From assembly GCF_009914755.1 (NCBI RefSeq), contig NC_060927.1: 64,000 nt of DNA; one strand, given 5' to 3'. Within the stretch, counting starts at the first letter, position 1. Each line of letters starts with the position of its first letter. A model generated the notes under the pieces. The model was not told the DNA's origin and made no database searches. It worked only from the letters and a program-made list of their open reading frames with translations. Source of the stretch: the human T2T-CHM13v2.0 reference genome, Homo sapiens. Below are positions 39,568 through 50,995 of this stretch, in pieces. A program made the position numbers and the translations under genes.

Positions 39568-41420
39568 TCATTTTGTGAGAGTAGCAGAGACAAATTTTTG
39601 TATAAAACTTTGAAGACAGGGAATAATACAGCAGCCTACAAGAATAAGTACACCAATAACAAGAGCAAACGAGGTGAGAACTAAAGTCAAAATTCCTTTC
39701 CATCCACTGAACCAACGTTCTATTATTTTAGAAAAAAGATCATTTATTTCAGAATTTTTGGCAAGTTCATCGGAGAGGGCTGTTAATCTCTGCAGTGTTC
39801 TGGTTATAGTTCCGTCAGGGGTAGTATTATTAGGTATAAAGCTACAACATTGGGTCACAATCATAACACAAATACCTCCTTTTTCCCCCAATATCATATC
39901 TAAGGATATTCCATTTTCCCAGGCCATCTGACTGGTAGGTCCTAATTGTTTAGCTATCCCTTTAATGGCATCCATAGTGTAATTTACGAATCGTTGCTGA
40001 TTGTAATAGATATAGTTTATCCAGTCTACATTTTTATTAATAGTTACCCACCAGAATAACATACACTCAAATCCTGCAGCTGTTTGATTTTGCGCTTTGA
40101 ATTTATCTGGCACTCCTCATGGAACCCCAATAGCATCTTTATAAACTTGAGAATCAAAGGACTTATAAGGAATTTCTTTTGGCTTATGACATTTTGTTTT
40201 TACTTTACCAGACTGTTGAGATGCCAGGGTGAAAGGGATAGCAGAACTGGAGCACAAGTTCTGCTCCAGTTACTTGGCAGAGTGTCCAGTAAAAGTCTAC
40301 CACAATACCACCATACATCTGCTTGGCAATGGCTAAGCGTGGACTGATGGGCAAGCTCCTGGAAAGGCTTGAGCTCCTTGCATCCTTTTATGCCTCCAAG
40401 GAACATCAAATTTTCCCCTTGCTGTGAGAGGCACAAAGTAAACTTGGCATTTAGAGGTGGAAGTTGGATTGCCCTCGGGGGCTGACCTACAGGGTGTTGA
40501 ACTTCAGGAAACAGCAGAGAGAGCTCAGCATGATGGATTATCCCAAGTAGTGGGATTCTGAAAGACAGTCACCATACAGTCTGTACCTGGTCAATGAGGA
40601 GACCATCCGAGTGGAAAGGTGACAATCTGAGCCTCTGGCCTATCGTGAGCACAAGCGTAACAATCACTCTTATTTAAAGTGTGAATGGGATATTTATTCC
40701 ATTCCAGCCGGGCATTTGCATTTTGATATTCTGTCTCAATGGCTAAGGTTTGTCTTAGATCTTTTACCTTCCTAATAGACACCCTGGTTTTATTATTAGG
40801 TGTAGAAGCAACCAGTGTGGGATCTAAAACTGAAGCTACTGAAGAAGGGGAAGATGGGGGAATATTGCATATCTTAAAAATGCCTAGGGGGTCTTTCCCA
40901 TTTACATCAATCCCCATACCATATAAGCAACTAAGGGCAGGTCTAGAGTCAGTTAAGGTGGAGGTGCTGATAGAGAGAAAGACTGAGAAGGGGTAGTCCC
41001 TTTAGTGAAATAGATGAGGGGTTTTAGATCTGCACAAACCTCTTCCTTAGAAGTCCAACCTTGCTCCTGAGTAGTCCAAAGGATGTAGTCCCATCTACTA
41101 CAAGGTTGCCAGGCTGTAGGAGCAGAAAATTGGCATCTCAGCTACAGGTGATCACAACGATGAGTGCTAGGAGTAACTGTGTCAGTTAGAGGGCTGGGGC
41201 ATAAATATTTGTGTGAAAAGGCTAGCTATTATTGATCCTTCACATCTCCACAAGGTATGACGTAGCAAGCATCAAAAGCAATGGTCTGAGGTGAGTCAGA
41301 CTTAGTTACATTAATAACAAAGGAGCTAGTAACAGAATAAGGAAAGGAAAGGAAGCAATATACAAGGTTATGAAAATTAAGCTTTCTTTAATTTTAACTT
41401 GGTAGGACTCGATCCTGGTA
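39568..41420 (-). pseudogene. env: HERV-I env, disrupted (SU fragmented, TM frame open at 39568-40113)
   Basis: WWVTINKNVDWINYIYYNQQRF, ISD-like AWENGISLDMILGEKGGIC, CX6CC (CVMIVTQCC) and a hydrophobic anchor. SU pieces in ORFs 40200-40436 and 40591-40917 (DCYAC). Stops and frameshifts upstream. 5' boundary approximate. Confidence 0.92.
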
Positions 41421-43055
41421 TAGTAACCCATGATTCTGATGAGGAAGATGATTTCTTGACTGAAGTATGGTGGGTCCATCATTTCTCAGCTGTGCAGACG
41501 GCAATCTCAGTGGTTAAGAGCACAAGATAGGGGCCTACTCAGGTGGGCTCAAGTTTCCCTTCCTTCCACCCTTTGATGAGAACATGGTCCCTGGGTTGGT
41601 GCTGGTGTGCTGGAAATTCTAGTGATGGCACCTGTGCTAAGAGACCTTTGATCTTAAGAGAAAAAAAGGTAGAGGAGAGACCAAGTATGTAATTTCTGAG
41701 GAACTGATCCTTAGTTTCAAACATAGGAACATTAGCTAGGAATGTAAATAGGGCAATCCATATAACATTTCATATGGAGACAGGCCTATATCCTTTCGAG
41801 GAGCTATCCTGATCCTCAATAAGACAATGGGAAGACATTTGGTCCATGGTAAATGAGTCTCTAGAATTAATTTAGTCAGATTATTCTTAAGGGTTTGATT
41901 CATTCTTTCTACTCACCTGGAGGATGAGGGATGCCAGGGAATATGGTATTCCCATTTTATGTCTAGCACTTGGGCCAGCTTCTTAATAATATGTGTCATA
42001 AAATGGTTTCCATTGTCTGAGTTAATATTCTCTATTAACACAAGGGGCAGTATATTCTCAATTAATGCTTTAATTACATTATTAGCTGTTCCATTTGGAA
42101 AGGAGATAGCTTCGATCCAGTGAGTGAGATGATCTACTATTACTAATAAATACTTCAGGCGACCGATTGGAGGCACTTCGGTGTAATCAACTTGAACACT
42201 TTGGAATGGTCTTAGCTCCAGATCTCATCCTCCAAGGGGTGATTTTCTTAGGGCTTGTTTATTAGTTTTCCTGCATGTTAGACAATTGTCTGTGACCTGT
42301 TTGACTAGGGTATAAATTCCAATACACTTATAAACTCTGAGAACCGTAGTTAAGACCTCCCTTATGAGAGGTTTGGATAATATCTCCCTTTGATCTGGTA
42401 ATATCCATTTTCCTTTTGTGTTCTCTTTAGCTCCTATTTTTATTAGGTTTTCTTTTTCAGTGGAAGAGAAGATGGGGACTACAGTAGGGGAAGGAAGGCA
42501 AGGAGTTAAGTGAAAGACATTTCAGAAGAAACAGCAGTTTGTTTGGCTATCTGATCTGCAAAGTCATTTGGTTATTTCCCCAACTTGTGAAAAAAAAAAA
42601 AGTCCTTTTTATGCCCTGGGACATGTACAATAGCTATCTCTTCTGGCAACTGGAGATTGTCTAGAACACAAACAATTAGTTCTTTGTGGACTAGATCTTG
42701 GTCTTTACCGTTAATAAGACCTTGCTCAGCCCAAAATTTTTCTAACTGTATGTGCTGCACCAAAGGCATACTTAGAATCAGTATAAGCAGTTCCTTCTTT
42801 GTTCTGCAAGTGTTTCAAAGCTTGGCTGAATGCAAACAGTTCACAGGTTGGGGCAGACTAATTATTGGGCAGTCTTCCTGACTCTACTTCTTCAAGAGTT
42901 TCTCCACCAATGATTGAAAACCTGTTATGTTTTTCTCCTTTGACTATTTTGGAGGAACCATCTATAAATGAGTGTTGCCCTGTTTTAAAAGGGGCCTCTC
43001 CTAGATCTGGCCTGACTTTTGTTTGGTAGTCAATCAAACCTAGACACAAGTGTTC

Positions 43056-43086
<31 letters not shown>

Positions 43087-43312
43087 GGGTCTCCTGACAA
43101 GAAACCTGCTGGGTTGAGTGAATTATCAGTAGTCAAGATGAAATCATCTTTTCCTAGCAAAATAGCCTTATATTTTAAGATTCTGGAGTCAGTAAGCTAC
43201 CTTCCTGCTTTTTGATTTACAATAGCTCTAACTTGGTGGGGCATGCTTACAATTAATTTCCCCCCAAAAGGTTAATTTTCTACCTTCTTCAACTAATACT
43301 GCTGTAGCCACA
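41377..43312 (-). pseudogene. pol: HERV-I pol 3' part (tether, RNase H, integrase), disrupted
   Basis: FIDGSS and AIVHVPGH (RNase H); YLLVIVDHLTHWIEA..SDNGNHF..HIPWHPSSS (integrase core). Ends SPTKLKLKKA-stop. Confidence 0.93.
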
Positions 43313-44080
43313 GCTCTTTATTTTCCCTGTTTTACTCGGAATATTTCCTATCTTGAAGGTTTGGGGTGGTGCCTAACTAGAATAGGCCTTTTTCCTGGAG
43401 CTTTCAACCCCCCTTGCTGGAGGTTTCTAGCACTCCTGGGTGCACAGAAGGGGGCTCAACCTCTTCTACTAGAGGCTTCTCATCCTCCCTTCCTCTGGAG
43501 GCTTGCCAAGGGCCTTTTCCCATGTTTGATCCTAGATAAGTCCAATCCCACATACTAGGGATGTCTTACCTATCTTTCTCCCGGGGAGGCCCAATCCCCC
43601 AGATCCTTCAGACTGGAGATTTCTCACCTGTCCAGTCTTTAAAAGCTTGCTAAAAGACTCAATCTCTCAAACCAGAGATGTCTCGCTGATTCTCTTTCCC
43701 AAGAGGTTAACCTTCCTCCCTCTCCCTTTTGGAGGTCCCTTACATTCTTTCCGTCTGTGTTCACACATTCTGCCGAACAGCAGGACTCGTAGCACAGATA
43801 ATCATTCACACATACACACAATTACTCATCCTCCAAAAGCTGACCACCAAGGAAGTACTTTGCCCCCCTCTTGCGGCTTTTCCTACCTTGGCCCACGCAC
43901 GGAGTCACCTGGTCACCACGGTCCCACAAGCCTCTCTCTTTCCCCGCCGATGCTGAGACTCCAAGTATATTCCTCACACCAGGTAGGTCCCGGCTCTCCT
44001 GCTGGGGCCGCGGCAACAACGGGTGGCAGGGCACCTCCCCATGAGAGAGGGGCAAACACCATCCAAGAGGGGAATGTTAT

Positions 44081-44098
44081 TCCCCATACGGGCCACCA
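44081..44098 (-). other. Primer-binding site for tRNA-Ile
   Basis: Minus strand tggtggcccgtatgggga is a 17/18 match to the complement of the tRNA-Ile(AAU) 3' end. The mismatch fits CpG decay. It lies 3 nt from the 5' LTR. Confidence 0.92.
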
Positions 44099-44101
44099 AA
44101 T

Positions 44102-44689
44102 TGTTGGGAACTAGTGCTCGGTGTTGCAAAAATCAACACTGAGACAAAGAATCTCTCAGCAAGGCTAGTTTACTTTCTGCAGAAAGGGTGCTGCTTGCTA
44201 GCAGTCTTGCCAGGAAAGCACACACGAACAAAGGAGACAGGGTCATTTATAACCTGACATGTCCACCCTACTGCTGTGTCCGATTTCCATTGGCTGGAAC
44301 GGGACCTTACATTCTGTACTTGACCCAACTGGCTAGCAACTTAGAACTTCCCAAAAGAGGCAAAGGCAGAGGAAAACAAAGGAAGAGAGGAAGTAACTTG
44401 TGGAATGCTGAGAGAGGCAAAAACACTTCCAAATAAGGAAGAGGAATAGGCTATGACCTAATGCTTGCTTGGATTGGTTCAGGGATGCCAGGGCAAATAT
44501 CTAGGCTAAAATGTGGGAGCTAAGAACACAGAGTATATTGGTTTCTTTATTACAGCTAGCAGATGTTTAAGAATATTAGCACAATTCTTTGAGTAAATTT
44601 TGCTTCTAAGAGAGGTTACTATCTATTCTCAATTAGACTGGGAGGAAAGTCCCTTTGAAGAGGAACCTCTACTTATTTTATTTTCTACA
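44102..44689 (-). repeat. 5' LTR (LTR10-type)
   Basis: Direct repeat of 38859-39446, adjacent to the PBS. Confidence 0.93.
44246..44293 (-). promoter_or_regulatory. LTR core promoter motifs (CCAAT and TATA) in the 5' LTR
   Basis: Minus-strand CCAAT at 44289-44293 and TATAAA at 44246-44251, in retroviral U3 order. Activity unknown. Confidence 0.55.
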
Positions 44690-44779
44690 ATGACCAAAAT
44701 TAGATAAATTATTTTTGCTCCATAACATTCATTATTTTCTAACATACCATATGTTTAACCTACTTATGGTTTATTCTCT

Positions 44780-44945
44780 TAGAAAGTAATCTCCATCAGA
44801 AAGTAATCTCCACAAGGGCCGGGATTTTTGTCTGTTTGTTCACTATTGTATCATCAGCATCAAATTTTCTATCATTAACATTAAAACAGTGCCTGGTACA
44901 CAGAAGATGCCTGGCACACAGGAGATGCTCAATAATTCTATGTTA
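44780..44945 (+). mobile_element. L2 3' end with small internal duplications
   Basis: ctccacaagggccgggatttttgtctgtttgttcact..aacagtgcctgg..gctcaataa. Confidence 0.8.
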
Positions 44946-45349
44946 CAAAGTATGTTTGTTATATAAATCAGTTACCTAATTTAAGATGACCAACTTCTCT
45001 TGGATACAATATGAAATATTACAATCCCAACTTCTCTTGGGATACAATATGAAAATATATGACATTTTCATTATCTTTTCCCTTAACTGAATCCTCAAAT
45101 TCCTAATTTTCATGTTTTCCCAGGAGAAGAATGTAAATGTTATTCTATCTTTCAACTGACAGCTTTTATTTACATTTTCAACGTTGGTTGCTTGCAAATA
45201 AAGAAAATTTAACTTAATTTCTTCATTTTTTCCATTAAGTAGTTGACTTTACAATCCCAATAATGCAAAGAAATTTTACATAAGACCATAACATTTAAAA
45301 TTTACTAGAATGGTATTTATACACTGCCACCAAGTTGACCACAGAAAAT

Positions 45350-45820
45350 CCCACGGGAGAACCAAGAAACACAAAGACACCACAGTCAGATATTTGACAG
45401 AGTTAATGTTGAATTAGATCTGGCCCCGTAAATAATAACTACGGACAATTGGATAGTTGGCTAATGGAACCAAAACATTACCTTTACTACTATTGAAAGC
45501 TCCAGTAGAGGTATGGGGCAGTAATGGACTTCCTCATTGTGAACTGCAGAAATGAGCAGACTAACCCCACGCAGTCACTGGCAGCACTGGATAAACGGCT
45601 AGACTTCCCCATTCAGAGCCTTTGGGTAAGAGACGATACCTGGTACAACACAGGGGAGCAGGCTTCGGTTTGCACATCCTTAGAAGTGCGCACTTCCAAG
45701 ATGACTGGAAGGAGCAGAAACAGGCATGCCCAGTTCCTCCTCTCCTATCCCTTAATATGATCGAGTCCTTCTTCCTTGCTCAGGGAGGAGCCAGTGAGAA
45801 GTAAAGGATACCGTAAGTGT
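45350..45820. promoter_or_regulatory. Candidate promoter/enhancer in apparently unique sequence
   Basis: About 10 CpGs in 470 bp, palindrome GAAGTGCGCACTTC, an ETS core, a p53 half-site and outward-facing splice donors. Motif-level evidence only. Confidence 0.35.
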
Positions 45821-46149
45821 TACAAGAAAAGTCTTCCTCCAGGAAACTAGAGGAGCTGAAAATGAAGATTGTTCCTTACAGGGATCCTGAGCCTTGCCTC
45901 TGAGAACATCAGTGTGGCCTTTTTAAAGAATATTTGGAAGGAGAAAGGGCCCTCTCTCTGGGCTGATGTTTGAGATCATGGTATGGAGGTAGAGTGGAGG
46001 CCTGCAGTTTACACTCCAAGCAATATATCAGGGTGAAAGGAGAAATAGGTGCCTCTCTTTTCCTTGCCCCTCCTTTAGGGAATCAGAGACCTTTGGACAC
46101 CATAGGCAACACGGTAAAATAGAATGAACCTTCTTATTGTAAATAAGTT

Positions 46150-48560
46150 AAATCCCAATATTTAATAATTAATTTCTAATTCTTATATTTATCAGAGTAA
46201 TATATGCACAGAATTTAAAGGCTTGTAATGGAAACAGCAGTCCCCTGCCTCTAACTTATCCTACCATACAGTCACTTACAAGGTTGTGGATCTTTTTTCT
46301 GACATTTAACTTCATGTTAAAAAATAATATGCCTAATCTGGTATGTCCTGATTTATCAAGTTAGGCTTCTGATTTTATCGTATTTGAAGACTATAGCAGT
46401 CTTACTCTGCTTTCTGTTTCTCCACCTAATACCATTAAAAATATATTTTTTATAAAGTTGGTATTTAGTATCTACATTGTTTTCTGCAAGACCATGTACT
46501 GTTACATTTTCTTTCTTAATTTCAGTTTTCCCTAAAGTTAACAGTTTCTTCCTTTTTTTTGTGCATCTTTAACGTTTTTTGGTCCATTTATAACTTTACT
46601 TGCAGCTTCCAACAATTCCTTGTTTCACTTTTCCATATAGTCACATTTATTTTTTTAAATATCCATGAGTTCTATGCTTTTCCAAAGTCACTCTACCTTC
46701 TCTTAGCTTGTTGCTAAGTTTGAAGCACAAAAGCTCTCATCCTGGCACTTTTCTTTGCCATCATCATGGAAAGTGCTTTCACCTCTCTAGTGTTGAATCT
46801 CCTATTTCCAGATTTGTCTTGTTTTTGTTTGGTGGTTTTGGTTTTGGAATTAACCCCTCATTTTAGAGTAACCACCTAAAAAATAGGGTAGGAGAGTAAA
46901 CGTTTTTAGACATTACGGTGTTCTCACAATTTCTTTATAATTTGTTTGTAGATTGAGTCTGGGGAATGAAAATTGTTTTTATCAGAGTTTTTAAGGAATT
47001 CCTTCTGATGATGGCTGTGGAAAAATATGATGGCATTCTTAATCCCAATCTTTTATATGCAATCTGTTTCATTCTGTGAATAATTTTAGGATTGTCTCAT
47101 TATCCTGCTGGTATGAATTTCATGAGGGCATACCTTGGTTTGGGTCTATTTTACTTTTTTTTCTTCTGCTTTTTGTTTTTGTAAATTAATTATTCTAATC
47201 CCTCAGAAGTCCCTTTCAATCTCGAGATTTATGCCTTTTATTAATGGAAATTTTCTTGTATTATTTTCTTGAGATTTTTTTCCCATTTTATTTATTGTCT
47301 CTTTATAGATCATCTATTAGTCATCTATAATAGATGGGGGATGTGTTCTCATCCACTATAAAAACTACTGGATTGATCTTTGATTTTTCTAAGCTTTTCT
47401 CTCCTTTTTACCTTTTCATTCTATTTTCTAAGAAATTTCCTTGATTTAACTTCCAAGTAGCATATTGATTTTTTTTATTATTTCAGGTATCATGTTTTAT
47501 TTTCTACAACTTCATTCTTAATTTTCAGTAATTTACCTTTTTAGCATCTAGTTCTTTAATGAAAATGACATCATTTCATTTTTTTCTGAGAATGAGAATC
47601 ATAATTTGTTTTTAATTTTTCTCTGATTCTTGTATTGCTTCTATTTTTGTCAATTTCTTTTTCTTTGTTTTATCTTCTTTCTTGTTGGGAGGAGTTCCTC
47701 AAATGTCAGGTTATCCTTGATGATTTATTCATATTTGAAAGTGATATACAATAAAGCTTATAGGAAACTCCATACGTGGGTGAGTCTTTTAAGAATATTT
47801 ACTTCACTGTGCAGATTGGCCAGCTAGCTCCTTTTTTAGGGTATACAACATGTCAATATCTGTGGTTAGTTTCACTTTGGCTCTTCAATATCCTCAGAAA
47901 AGTACCCTCCCGGTTCCTGCCTCAGGAAGGAGGTGACTGCTGATTTTTCTGAGAGCTGTGCAGGAAAAGGGGGAAAGATGTGTTTTCATCATATATTGTA
48001 CACTTTCACTTAATCTATTCTGATTTGATTTAGACAACTTACCCTTTGTGACTGCTAACCACAAGTCTAGTCCTTATGGTGACATTTCTGTGAAATCAAA
48101 CCTTTCATCTCCTTTGGAGATGGCAGAAGGATGGGCACATGCTTCTCAGATAGGGGTGAAGGCCTGGATGTCTGCCTAATTTTAATTCATATCTTAAATC
48201 TATGTATATTTCAAACCAATTCCTTTGTTTTTAATCCCCATCATACTCCTCCTTCTTGATAACTGGTACCCCTAATATCTCAATATTTCCACGGTTTGAC
48301 ACATCAATAGGTTTGCACCTTATCTCCTTCTGCCTGCTTTTAAGATTCATTTTCCTGTGCCTTATTGTTTCTTTCATCCTCTTGTCATATTCCTCTCTAA
48401 CTTTTCTCTTTCTTGCCTGTTGCAGTCTTCTCTTCAATTTTCATTGTATTGTCATGGATGAATCAGTATATTTTCTATACCTTCTTGTAATTTTGCTGGA
48501 AATTTGAGAGGGAGCAGAGATTAACACATTTGTTTCATCAGCCATGTTTACTTGACAGGC
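46150..48560 (-). mobile_element. HAL1-like (half-L1) or very old L1, about 2.4 kb
   Basis: T-rich reversed ORF1-like body. ttcctcaaatgtcaggttatccttga and the terminal cagccatgttta resemble HAL1 as recalled. Confidence 0.6.
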
Positions 48561-50204
48561 TTCAGTGAATTTTAAAGTTTCTCTACTAGGTTAGGTGATA
48601 GGAGGCATAGCAATAAGTAAAGGATTTGCTTTCTGCATGAAAACCTGAAGAATTAAATTAGACTCTTAAATAATAGTTCAGGAGTAACCCCAGGTAGTCC
48701 AAATGAATGGTCTAGGCAAGAAATAATATGACTGTTCAGATGAAGGATTGAGTGATATGTGACCTCGATGTTGAAGAATCAGTAGGCTCTAAAAATTTAG
48801 GAAGAATTGAGACTGTGCTCCAGGCCCAGGGAGCTAAAGAACTATGTGTATGAAAGATTACACCAAGTTGTGATGAAATAAGAACTTCAAATTCTAACAC
48901 ATTTTACACATATGATTTAAGTCTAGAATTGATCTATTCTAAATTTCCTTCTACCTATCAGCTCTCATAACTTCTAAAATGCTTTAATTCATTTGCTATA
49001 ATTTTTTTCATGCAGTCAACATCTGAAATTATGATAATTTTTAGCTAGTTCTCGCCTAGTGTTCACCTCCAAAATGTTTTGTTAAAATTTACTCATCTAG
49101 CCTTATAGTCTGTTAATTTTGCTTTAATCTTCTGAATAACAAATAAAGTAATATAATGGGTATATTTCTCAAGGCTTTTTCCCAAAGTTCTAATAAATAT
49201 CACATATGCATATTGAATTCTTAGCCATTATATATCTTTAGATGTTTCTCGAGAACAAGAAAGGGATACTTGTATTTGAGTGGGTAAAAGAGCCAGAAGT
49301 TGCTATTGTTTGATTTTACAACATAAAAACTTGAATAAATCCTTTCATAGCTTAAAATTTTAAAGTTTTAGGGCTTTACAGAAACTTAGAATTTTAATCA
49401 AAGCTTTCTAATATTTTTCAGTGCTGCCAAGATAAACAGCAACAGTTGTGAGATTTATCTGCAGAACACGTGGTTAATGACCTTTAAGGCAATTTGCCTC
49501 ATATGTCAACAAGAAAAAAAATGTGAGCTATAACTATTGAGATGAATTGCTCTTGTTATTTTTGCCCACTTATGTTACTCAATATCTGGTAAAATAGATG
49601 TAACATAAGGGCATAGAGGTGTTTTTCAGAACAGTTTTTATCTTAAAAATGTCATTTTTGAAACTAATTATTAAGAAAATTCATTTTTTTTTGGCATTTT
49701 GATCTAAAATATGTCAGTGTTCCTCAAAGTAATTGGGTTACATTTTTCTACAAATGTGTATATTGGCTTATGTTAATCTTGGATGAACAAACTGTTACCA
49801 TGAGATTGTGTTTAAAACAACTGGTGAGACTTGTGGAAAATACATTTCAACCACTAAAAACTTGTCTTCATATTACACATTTCGTCAAGCAACTCAAAGG
49901 GGCTTATAAGGCATTTGTTTGTATTAGAAATATCTTATAATATCTTGCAAATAATTTTTATTCTCTCCTGTAAGGAATGATTATGAATAAAATGTTACAA
50001 ACAAGAAAACTGGAATATTGATGGAGTTATTCACTAGTAAAAAAACTGAACAGGTAGCAACAATTCTTACATTAGGTTCTGTGTTTATGATCCATGGTTA
50101 TCAACAAAAGTAGGATAGTTTTGACAACTATCTAGGTTAACAATAGTCTACTGCATGAAAACAGAAGGGATTCTGGTACTCCAGAGTGTTTAGTAGGATA
50201 CTTA

Positions 50205-50345
50205 TAGGGTTTATAGTCATACAGGGCCGAGGTTAAATACTATCTACCAGCTCTGTTTTACCTGAGGCAAATTGCTTCACTTCTCAGTTTACTGATATAA
50301 ATAAAGGTACCAAATCATGGCAAATAACAAATGGAGACTATTATT
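50205..50345 (+). mobile_element. MIR fragment
   Basis: taccagctctgttttacctgaggcaaattgcttcacttctcagttt. Confidence 0.55.
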
Positions 50346-50689
50346 AACTTTTGTAACAGAGGTAAGAGTTAACAATGGGTGAAGACTTGTTGATCCTTAC
50401 TCAAAATGGCAGAACCTACCTGTCTTAAAAGAGATAATTTAAGTGAAGAGAAATTTTGACAGATTTCTTTGCAAGAAATCTCTGTTCCCTTCTGCTCTGT
50501 ATTTTAGACAGTACTGTGTAATTTTGCCTAATAACCTAAGGTTTTCTTGTTTTCTTCTATTGTATACAACAAAATGGTTGTCTTCATTGTTGCTAAAATT
50601 ACATAACTAAAAACGAGTTACAGCTGGAATTCTAGAAACTCAAGGGGTTGGTTTGGCACTTTAATGGAGTACAGGTCATAGAATTACAA

Positions 50690-50995
50690 GAGATAGTAGT
50701 GGAGAAGTAGGCATAGACTAGAAAATAAAGAATTTTGAATGCCAAAATTAGGAGTTTGACATTTACCATGAAGACTATTGGAAGCCATTGGAGATTTTAA
50801 GGAGAAACTTATAGGATCAGACTCACATTTTGGAAGGATGATTCTGGCAGAAATGTGAAGAGTAGATACCAAGAAAATGACATTAGTGATAAAAGGACAA
50901 GTTAGGGGCCAACTGAAGGATTCCTGGTAATGCAGGATCTAATGACCCTGGAGGTGTGGCCGTGGCTATGGGCATGAAAAGAAAGGGATACATTT
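50690..50995 (-). mobile_element. L2 fragment
   Basis: ttgaatgcca..aggagtttgacattta..ggaagccattggagattttaag..ttttggaaggatgattctggcag. Confidence 0.8.

Larger units (their letters stand above)
38859..44689 (-). mobile_element. HERV-I group endogenous retrovirus, two-LTR provirus with a gag-pro-RT deletion
   Basis: Two 588-bp direct repeats with TG..CA ends, tRNA-Ile PBS, PPT, RNaseH/integrase/env relics. Flanks atggc/atgac are the probable TSD. Confidence 0.95.

Noticed and set aside
43647-44114. 155-aa ORF and CpG enrichment
   Set aside because: This is the antisense of the GC-rich retroviral leader and is explained by the provirus.
38945-44436. Near-identical 82-aa ORFs at 38945 and 44188 that look like a duplicated gene
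   Set aside because: They are the same antisense frame in the two LTR copies.
50461-50481. Short perfect hairpins (agatttctt-tgc-aagaaatct here; similar at about 55885-55905 and 57508-57527)
   Set aside because: 8-9 bp AT-rich stems are expected by chance and are too short for pre-miRNAs. Bacterial terminator logic does not apply.
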